Positions 57,122-64,000 of a stretch of 64,000 nt of DNA are shown here, one piece after another; positions within the stretch are counted from its first letter, which is position 1; each line of letters begins with the position of its first letter. The stretch covers positions 918,932 through 982,931 of the forward strand of contig OZ220741.1 of the NCBI GenBank assembly GCA_965116885.1. Reading direction: 5' to 3'. Origin of the DNA: Candidatus Latescibacterota bacterium. GTDB taxonomy: Bacteria; Latescibacterota; UBA2968. Position numbers and translations under genes: made by a program. The notes under the pieces were generated by a model. It saw nothing but the letters and a program-made list of their open reading frames with translations. It did not search any database and was not told the origin of the DNA.

Positions 57122-58288
57122 TCACTCAAACGGCACCAGACTCGCGCCCACCGGATCGGGACTCGTGGGCCGAATCGGCATCTCCTCATAAGAACGATAA
57201 GATATATCCAGATGCGGCGTCTCAACCCGTCTATACCCCTCATACCGCGAATCTATCAACGCCTCCAGCGCACCGGAAATCAGCAACGTGCGCTCAACCG
57301 GATACTGCGGTCGCCCCGTCAAAAACATCTGCTGAATATTCAAACTCAAATAACTAAAATGCGCATGCGGATTATCCGGCAAAAAAACGCGCATATTATC
57401 CACCTCTCCCCCGCGCCGCGCCGCAAAACCCCACCCCCGCGTGTACCCATTCAACATAAACGTCGCCGCCGTCAACCCATCTGCATACTCCAACAAAAAA
57501 ACAGCCGGATTCTCGCAATGCGCGCGCACATCGCCATCCTCCTTCGCCTCAATATGCGCCACCGCCGCCGCGTACAAATCGCGATCCCACGCATCCGACG
57601 CCCAGACATCATCCCCCTCCAAACACTGCACCGCCACAATCCCCGTCTCCCCGCCCGCCCGGCGCTCAACCATACACTGCAGCGTCTCCAGCGCGTGAAA
57701 ACCATAAGAATCAAGCCCACCAAAAGCCACCGACATCGCCATCTCGATCTCCGTATCCAAATCATACTCAAGCCACGGCTTGCGCCATGCAAGTGGCAGA
57801 GACGACCCCGCCATAAACGGCACCTCTATCTCCCGCGCGCGATCGCACATCCACTTTGCATCGTGCCAATTATACGAAAGATGCTTATCGCTAAACACCG
57901 GCACAGACCGCCCCGACGAAGCGAACACCCCGCAAATCTGCTCAAAAAAATACTTCCGCGGATACATATGTTGCTCCTTCTCATTCCACGGATAATCGCC
58001 GTGCTCGCCAATCAGCAACACCCCATCCACCGCCAGTTCATCACCGCCCAAAGTCAACGCCTGATTAATACTCCCGAACATCGGCACACCGTATTCCTCT
58101 GCAATCGCGCACCCGATATCATCTCTGAAATGCACCTGATCCAGATACATCGACGCCACATCCACCTCTGGTGAAAGCAACCCGTCATCTGTTGGAAACC
58201 CCTTCAAAAACTTCGTCACAATCACATCGGCATGTGACCGCGGAAAATACGACGTAATCACCGCTGCGATTTTCTTTCGATCAGCCAT
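57122..58288 (-). CDS. hypothetical protein (388 aa)
   Basis: A long ORF with normal composition on the same strand and within 5 nt of the QueF-like gene. No family was recognised. Confidence 0.55.
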   Translation of the reverse strand: MADRKKIAAVITSYFPRSHADVIVTKFLKGFPTDDGLLSPEVDVASMYLDQVHFRDDIGCAIAEEYGVPMFGSINQALTLGGDELAVDGVLLIGEHGDYPWNEKEQHMYPRKYFFEQICGVFASSGRSVPVFSDKHLSYNWHDAKWMCDRAREIEVPFMAGSSLPLAWRKPWLEYDLDTEIEMAMSVAFGGLDSYGFHALETLQCMVERRAGGETGIVAVQCLEGDDVWASDAWDRDLYAAAVAHIEAKEDGDVRAHCENPAVFLLEYADGLTAATFMLNGYTRGWGFAARRGGEVDNMRVFLPDNPHAHFSYLSLNIQQMFLTGRPQYPVERTLLISGALEALIDSRYEGYRRVETPHLDISYRSYEEMPIRPTSPDPVGASLVPFE

Positions 58289-58374
58289 AGCTTTTCCCTC
58301 CTGTCTCGTTGTGTAAACGTTAAATTATACCACAAGGAGTTCAACGACAACAAAAAAAACCTTCTGGATCGCAC

Positions 58375-58437
58375 GGGACGGCACGGGGGCCGTCCCCTAC
58401 AACATCATGCCGCAATGACGCATGCCTCGCCCCTACA
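58375..58437. repeat. REP-like hairpin repeat gggacggcacgggggccgtcccctaca (58375-58401) plus partial copy cgcatgcctcgcccctaca (58419-58437)
   Basis: Read directly from the sequence. Confidence 0.8.
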
Positions 58438-58535
58438 CTGACCACTGACTACTAAATATTCTTACATCCTCACACCCAAAATTTGGTATCTTAAACACCC
58501 TGAACACAACCACAATCTTTACCAGGAGGAATCAC

Positions 58536-59141
58536 TTGACCGAAGTCAAAGCCACCAACATCGTCTGGCACGAAGGCCATGTCGCGCGCAAACAGCGCGA
58601 AGACCTACTCGAACAAAAAGGCGCACTCATCTGGCTCACCGGACTGCCCAGCTCGGGCAAAAGCACCATCGCATTCACCACAGAACACGCCCTGATCGAA
58701 CGCGGGCGCATGGCCTATGTACTCGACGGCGACAACATCCGCCACGGCCTCAACAAAAACCTCGGATTCTCAGCCGAAGACCGCGCAGAAAACATCCGCC
58801 GCATCGGCGAAGTAGGCAAACTCTTTACCGACGCCGGTATCATCACCCTATCCAGCTTTGTAAGCCCCTATCGCACCGACCGCGACAGCGTGCGCGAACT
58901 CATGGAAAACAAAAACTTCATCGAAGTATTCATCAACACCCCGCTCGACGTATGTGAAGAACGCGACCCCAAGGGCCTGTACAAAAAAGCGCGCACAGGT
59001 GAAATACCCAACTTCACCGGCATCTCTGACCCCTATGAACCCCCCGAAAACCCCGAACTCGTCATACACACCGTTGACAGCACGCCACAAGAGGCCGCAT
59101 TGCAAATCATCTCCCTGCTCGAAACGCGCGGAAACATCTGA
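58536..59141 (+). CDS. cysC: adenylylsulfate (APS) kinase
   Basis: P-loop GLPSSGKST and an APS kinase fold throughout (LDGDNIRHGLNKNLGFSAEDRAENIRR). Confidence 0.9.
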   Translation: MTEVKATNIVWHEGHVARKQREDLLEQKGALIWLTGLPSSGKSTIAFTTEHALIERGRMAYVLDGDNIRHGLNKNLGFSAEDRAENIRRIGEVGKLFTDAGIITLSSFVSPYRTDRDSVRELMENKNFIEVFINTPLDVCEERDPKGLYKKARTGEIPNFTGISDPYEPPENPELVIHTVDSTPQEAALQIISLLETRGNI

Positions 59142-59143
59142 CA

Positions 59144-59803
59144 ATGCCCATCATCGACCTCACCATGCCCATTGCCGACCACTTCCGCTGGCCCGTTGAG
59201 CGCAGCCTAAAAAGCAGTTTTGAAACCGGCGACATGGCGCAAGTGACCCACATGGGATGGGCAGTCCACGGATTCACGCACGTCGATGCGCCGCGCCACA
59301 TGTTCCCGGAAGGACCCACCACCAGCGACACCAAACTCGACCAAATCGTGGGACAAGCCGCAGTCGTCGATCTCTCGGGCATCGCGCCGGAAACCCCGAT
59401 CACCGAAGCGCAGATTCGCGCTGCCGGACAACACATACGATCCGGAGACATCGTCGTCATGAAAACGCGGTGGGACGAAATAGAATCGCATCAAACCCCC
59501 GAATTCTGGACCCGCGCGCCCTACATGTCGCGCGCTGCCGCAAAATGGTTGCGCGCGCAAAACATCCGCGCCATAGCATTTGACTTTCCGCAGGACTATC
59601 CCATTCGCCAATTGCTCAATAACCAGAGAGCACCCCTTTCCGAATTTGTAACCCACGACATCCTCTTGCGCGAAGGCATTATCCTCATCGAATACATCTG
59701 CAACACGGGCATGATAGCAACAGACCGCGTATCCTTCTTCGCCCTACCCTTAAAAATCCCCGAAGCCGATGGCGCACCGGCTCGCGTCATCGCAATACCA
59801 TAA
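59144..59803 (+). CDS. cyclase-family protein (kynurenine formamidase-like metal hydrolase)
   Basis: The cyclase-family signature HMGWAVHGFTHVDAPRHMF. Confidence 0.75.
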   Translation: MPIIDLTMPIADHFRWPVERSLKSSFETGDMAQVTHMGWAVHGFTHVDAPRHMFPEGPTTSDTKLDQIVGQAAVVDLSGIAPETPITEAQIRAAGQHIRSGDIVVMKTRWDEIESHQTPEFWTRAPYMSRAAAKWLRAQNIRAIAFDFPQDYPIRQLLNNQRAPLSEFVTHDILLREGIILIEYICNTGMIATDRVSFFALPLKIPEADGAPARVIAIP

Positions 59804-59819
59804 CCCCCGGGAAACCACC

Positions 59820-61184
59820 ATGATCTACCACCAACTCTTCGCCCAAATTGACCGCACCGTACGCGTTGGCGTCATCGGCACCGGACACTACGCCACAGCC
59901 CTCGTCACACAATCGCGCGTCGTCGATCAACTCCACGTACCCGTCGTCTGTGACACAAACCCGGACGCAGCTCAAAATGCATATCATCACGCCGGCCTGG
60001 ACACCGACAAAACCATCATAGCCGACACCGCCCAACAGGCTGCCGCAGCCATAGAACAGGGCAAATATGTCATCCTCACCGACGCCATGCAAATGATGGA
60101 CCTGCCCCTCGACGTCATCGTAGAATCCACAGGCGTCCCGAGTGCAGGTGCGAAACACGGCATAGAAGCCATTCGACACGGCAAACACGTCGCCATGGTA
60201 TCCAAAGAAACCGACGTCACCGTCGGACCCATCCTCAAACACCTCGCAGACAAAGCCGGACGCGTCTATACCGCTGTTGACGGGGACCAGCACGGCCTGC
60301 TCATGGGCCTTGTACAATGGGCGCGCAGCCTGGGCCTCGAGGTACTCTGCGGAGGCAAATCACTGGACTCCAACCGCGTTTACGACCCCCAGACCAACGC
60401 CATCGTCTGGTCCAAAGGCAAAATCCAGATCCCCGACGAACGCATATTCTCTACCCAAAATCCCTCTGCCTACATTGCACAACGCCGCCAGATCATGGGC
60501 GAACTGGGCGCCATCGCCGGTTATGACGTCACCGAACTCACCATCGCCGCCAATGCTACCGGACTCATCCCCGACACAGACACCCTGCACACACCCGTAG
60601 TCCGCACCGTTGAAATACCCGAAGTCCTCGCACCCCGAGAAGACGGCGGCATCTTATCCCACCGCGGCGTCATCGACTGCGTCTCCTGCCTGCGCCAGGC
60701 AAACGAACCCGGCCTCGGCGGCGGCGTCTTCATCGTCATCGCCTGTGAAAACGCCTACTCCCGCCACATCCTCACCACCAAAGGACTCATCCCCAACAAA
60801 AAAGGCACCACAGCCCTCATCTACCGACCCTACCACCTCTGCGGCGTTGAAACACCCATCACAACACTCGTCGCGGGCCTCTTAAACCTGCCCACAGGCA
60901 CCACCGACTACCACCCGTCCTTCGACATAGTAGGCCGTGCAAAAGAACCCCTCAAAGCCGGCGACCAGATCCGCAACGACCACAGCAAAAAAATCGAATA
61001 CCTCATGCGCCCCGCGCTACCCGTCGCGCCCGACAACCCCCTCCCCTTCCACATGGCCAACGGCAATACCCTCACCCGGGACATCCCCGCTGGCGCATTC
61101 ATCACCGCAAGCGCAATACAACCAAAAGACAACGACCCCCTCTGGACGCTTCGCAAAGAACAAGACGCTCATTTTTTACAATAA
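59820..61184 (+). CDS. SAF-domain NAD(P)-dependent dehydrogenase (COG4091 predicted homoserine dehydrogenase-like)
   Basis: An N-terminal Rossmann motif VGVIGTGHYA and a C-terminal SAF-like region. The start is taken as MIYHQLFAQ. Confidence 0.55.
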   Translation: MIYHQLFAQIDRTVRVGVIGTGHYATALVTQSRVVDQLHVPVVCDTNPDAAQNAYHHAGLDTDKTIIADTAQQAAAAIEQGKYVILTDAMQMMDLPLDVIVESTGVPSAGAKHGIEAIRHGKHVAMVSKETDVTVGPILKHLADKAGRVYTAVDGDQHGLLMGLVQWARSLGLEVLCGGKSLDSNRVYDPQTNAIVWSKGKIQIPDERIFSTQNPSAYIAQRRQIMGELGAIAGYDVTELTIAANATGLIPDTDTLHTPVVRTVEIPEVLAPREDGGILSHRGVIDCVSCLRQANEPGLGGGVFIVIACENAYSRHILTTKGLIPNKKGTTALIYRPYHLCGVETPITTLVAGLLNLPTGTTDYHPSFDIVGRAKEPLKAGDQIRNDHSKKIEYLMRPALPVAPDNPLPFHMANGNTLTRDIPAGAFITASAIQPKDNDPLWTLRKEQDAHFLQ

Positions 61185-61225
61185 AAAAAACCGGGTACAT
61201 CGCAAAGATGTACCCGGCTGTTCTT
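61182..61225. terminator. bidirectional rho-independent terminator (A8, ccgggtacatc...gatgtacccgg, T-rich) between the SAF gene and acnA
   Basis: An 11-bp perfect stem. On the minus strand it is followed by T8, which suits acnA. Confidence 0.7.
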
Positions 61226-61238
61226 TACCTCTGCTCTT

Positions 61239-63923
61239 TCACCCCTTCAAAAAACCCCGCAACACCGTATGCAAAATCCCACCATTGCGATAATAATCGA
61301 TCTCCACCGGCGTATCGATACGCACCGTCGCAGAAAACGACTTCACATTCCCATCCTCATCCGTCGCCGTCACCGTCACATCTTGCAAAGGCTGCAAATC
61401 ATCGCTCAGCCCGGTAATATCGTACACCTCCCGCCCCGTAAGCCCCAGCGACTCGGCATTCTCGCCCGCCACAAACTCCAGCGGCAACACCCCCATACCC
61501 ACCAGATTGCTGCGGTGAATGCGTTCAAAACTCTCCACAAGCACCGCGCGCACACCCAAAAGTAACGGACCCTTAGCCGCCCAATCGCGCGACGACCCCG
61601 AACCGTACTCCGCGCCCGCAATCACAATCGACGGCACGCCCGCATCCACATACCGCATCGCCGCATCGTAAATACTCATCTGCTCACTCGAAGGCAGGTG
61701 CACCGTCACACCGCCCTCTGTCCCTGGCGCCAGCGAATTGCGAATGCGAATATTCGCAAACGTACCCCGCATCATCACCTCGTGATTACCCCGCCGCGAA
61801 CCATAAGAATTGAAATCCTTCGGCTCAACCCCCTTTGAAATCAAAAACTGCCCCGCCGGACTATCCACCGCAATCGAACCCGCCGGAGAAATGTGATCCG
61901 TCGTCACCGAATCGCCCAATCGCGCCAGCACCCGCGCGCCTTTAATATCTGTAATCGCATCTAACTCAGGCGACAAATCCACAAAAAACGGCGGCTCCTG
62001 CACATAAGTACTCTCCGCCTGCCACCCATAGAGATCCCCCGCTTGCCCACCAACCGCATTCCACATCTCATTGCCCTCAAACACATTGCCATAGCGCGCC
62101 TCGAACATATCCGGCTTGAGCGCCCGTGCAATCGTATCGCCAATCTCATCCTGACTGGGCCAGACATCGTGCAAAAACACCGCATTGCCATCCCCATCCA
62201 CCCCTATCGGCTCCGCAGTCAAATCCAGATCCACCCGCCCCGCCAGGGCATACGCCACAACCAGCGGCGGCGACGCCAGATAATTCGCCTTCACATGCGG
62301 ATGCACGCGACCTTCAAAATTGCGATTGCCACTCAACACCGACGCAGCAACCAGGTCATCCTCGTGAATCGCGGCAACCACCGGATCGGGCAACGGCCCG
62401 CTATTGCCAATACACGTCGTACAGCCATACCCCACCGTATAAAAACCCAACTGCTCCAAATACGGCGTCAAACCCGCCTGATCGAGATAATCCGACACCA
62501 CGCGCGAACCCGGCGCCAGACTCGTCTTCACATGCGCGTGAACCTTCAACCCCTTCTCCACCGCCTTCTTCGCCAACAAACCAGCGGCCACCATCACAGA
62601 CGGATTGCTCGTATTGGTACAACTCGTAATCGCCGCAATCACCACCGCCCCGTGCCCCAGCTTGCCATTCGTCCTCTTTTGCACCTCATCATCACTTAGT
62701 CCAAAACCACTATTGCCCACCGGTGCGCGCAACGCGCCTTCAAACGCCCCCTTCATCTGCCCCAGCGCAATGCGATCCTGCGGGCGTTTTGGACCCGCCA
62801 AACTCGGCTCCACCGTACTCAAATCCAGTTCAAGCGTATCCGTAAACCGCGGCTCTGGCGTATCATCTGTACGGAACAACCCCTGCGCCTTCGCGTACCG
62901 CTCAACCACATCCACCTCTTCTGCCGTGCGACCCGTGCGCGCCAAATAATGCAACGTCTCATCATCCACCGGGAAAAACCCCATCGTCGCCCCGTATTCC
63001 GGCGCCATATTTGCAATCGTCGCGCGATCAGCCAGCCCAATACCCGTCAACCCCGTACCGTAAAACTCCACAAACTTATCCACCACGCCCTTCTCGCGCA
63101 ACATCTGAACCACCGTCAACGTCAAATCCGTCGCCGTCGTACCCTCGGGCAACTGCCCATCCAACTTGAACCCGACAACCTCGGGCGTCAGCATATAAAT
63201 CGGCTGCCCCAGCATCACCGCCTCTGCCTCAATACCCCCCACACCCCAGCCCACCACACCCAGGCCATTAATCATCGTCGTATGTGAATCTGCCCCCACC
63301 AGACTATCGGGAAAAGCCACGCCATCCCGGGCAATAACCCCCTTCGCCAGATACTCCAGATTGACCTGATGCACAATACCCGTCAGAGGTGGCACCACCC
63401 TGAAACGCTCAAACGCATTCGCACCCCAGCGCAAAAACTCATACCGCTCCCGATTGCGCAAAAACTCGATCTCTGCATTTCTCCGCAACGCATCCGAATT
63501 TGCAAAACTATCCACCTGCACCGAATGATCCACCACCAGATCCACCGGAATCAACGGCTCAACCCGACTTGTATCGCCCCCCATGCGCCCCATAGCCGAA
63601 CGCAACGCCGCCAGATCCACCAGCGAAGGCACACCCGTAAAATCCTGCAACACCACCCGCGCGGGCTTAAACGGTATCTCTATCGGATTGGGATTGGTCG
63701 CATTCCAATTCGCCAGCGCCGCCACATCCTCCTCCCGCACCTGATACCCATCCAGATTTCGCAGTGCCGCCTCGAGCAGCACCCGCACGGAAAACGGCAA
63801 AGTCGATACCGCCCCAATGCCATCAGCTTCCAATCGATCCAGCCGAAAAATTGCCAGATCACCTGCCATAGTAGAAAGTGTATCCCGTGAATTCAAAGGA
63901 TTATGCGTTTGACTCATAAACAA
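61239..63923 (-). CDS. acnA: aconitate hydratase A
   Basis: 894 aa with AcnA-type N-terminal and swivel domains and Fe-S ligand Cys motifs ([17 protein letters not shown]). Confidence 0.9.
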   Translation of the reverse strand: MFMSQTHNPLNSRDTLSTMAGDLAIFRLDRLEADGIGAVSTLPFSVRVLLEAALRNLDGYQVREEDVAALANWNATNPNPIEIPFKPARVVLQDFTGVPSLVDLAALRSAMGRMGGDTSRVEPLIPVDLVVDHSVQVDSFANSDALRRNAEIEFLRNRERYEFLRWGANAFERFRVVPPLTGIVHQVNLEYLAKGVIARDGVAFPDSLVGADSHTTMINGLGVVGWGVGGIEAEAVMLGQPIYMLTPEVVGFKLDGQLPEGTTATDLTLTVVQMLREKGVVDKFVEFYGTGLTGIGLADRATIANMAPEYGATMGFFPVDDETLHYLARTGRTAEEVDVVERYAKAQGLFRTDDTPEPRFTDTLELDLSTVEPSLAGPKRPQDRIALGQMKGAFEGALRAPVGNSGFGLSDDEVQKRTNGKLGHGAVVIAAITSCTNTSNPSVMVAAGLLAKKAVEKGLKVHAHVKTSLAPGSRVVSDYLDQAGLTPYLEQLGFYTVGYGCTTCIGNSGPLPDPVVAAIHEDDLVAASVLSGNRNFEGRVHPHVKANYLASPPLVVAYALAGRVDLDLTAEPIGVDGDGNAVFLHDVWPSQDEIGDTIARALKPDMFEARYGNVFEGNEMWNAVGGQAGDLYGWQAESTYVQEPPFFVDLSPELDAITDIKGARVLARLGDSVTTDHISPAGSIAVDSPAGQFLISKGVEPKDFNSYGSRRGNHEVMMRGTFANIRIRNSLAPGTEGGVTVHLPSSEQMSIYDAAMRYVDAGVPSIVIAGAEYGSGSSRDWAAKGPLLLGVRAVLVESFERIHRSNLVGMGVLPLEFVAGENAESLGLTGREVYDITGLSDDLQPLQDVTVTATDEDGNVKSFSATVRIDTPVEIDYYRNGGILHTVLRGFLKG

Positions 63924-64000
63924 GTCCTTCTCTAAAAGGTTTCAAGCTACTTTCTCAGGAAAATGGTACAAAGGTACTGAATGGACAGGCGTACCAGTTG

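Noticed and set aside
57098-58174. 358-aa plus-strand ORF
   Set aside because: It is antisense to the 388-aa hypothetical gene and the QueF-like gene, and has an R/H/I/P-rich shadow composition.
62043-62699. Plus-strand ORFs inside acnA
   Set aside because: They are antisense to aconitase, whose long conserved minus-strand reading frame explains the region.

Overview
This 64-kb window of bacterial chromosome has about 55% GC, no rRNA or tRNA genes, and no transposase or integrase genes. Roughly 53 protein-coding genes are packed with short or overlapping junctions. Several of the secreted proteins end in a type IX secretion (T9SS) C-terminal sorting domain, which points to a bacterium of the Bacteroidota-like FCB group (Fibrobacteres-Chlorobi-Bacteroidetes). 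Yet at least two promoters are classical TTGACA-17-TAnnnT, so it is probably not a typical Bacteroidetes. The left third is mostly housekeeping: an ABC-2 exporter (ATPase plus two permeases), a hemE-hemH-hemY heme biosynthesis operon, glnA, a sigma-70 family factor preceded by a PtsN-like EIIA, a sigma-54-dependent NtrC-type two-component pair, and a GAF histidine kinase-receiver-glgC-glnD chain. These are followed by rho, rpmE, prfA-prmC, a polyprenyl synthase and a fused secDF. Set into this stretch are three tandem paralogous genes (7973-14946). Each encodes a secreted protein with a Cache-like ligand-binding module and a T9SS sorting domain; their N-terminal halves have diverged while their 3' ends and flanks are nearly identical. 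The right half (33.4-61 kb) looks accessory. It holds two tandem ~865-aa secreted proteins with a HEKAH metallopeptidase-like (HExxH) motif and a C-terminal dockerin-like calcium-loop pair. The same dockerin-like module appears at the N-terminus of a GH10 xylanase and the C-terminus of a PSCyt1-type cytochrome c with HH...HxH motifs. This region also carries five PhyH-family Fe(II)/2-oxoglutarate (2OG) oxygenase paralogs, three of which lack the canonical HxD/E iron-binding motif. The rest of it comprises a UxaC-like isomerase, HAD hydrolase, DUF72, a DUF4038 glycoside hydrolase-like protein, QueF plus a Cys-less QueF-like paralog, cysC, a cyclase, a SAF-domain dehydrogenase, and acnA at the end. 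Intergenic regions carry at least 18 copies of a ~28-bp GC-rich hairpin repeat (consensus GGG-N4-CAC[AG]GGGG-N4-CCCTACA), often in inverted pairs. There is also a second short motif family (tandem CATCTGCG followed by GGATCACACTTCA), and the glnD-rho spacer is built from an 8-mer tandem array.
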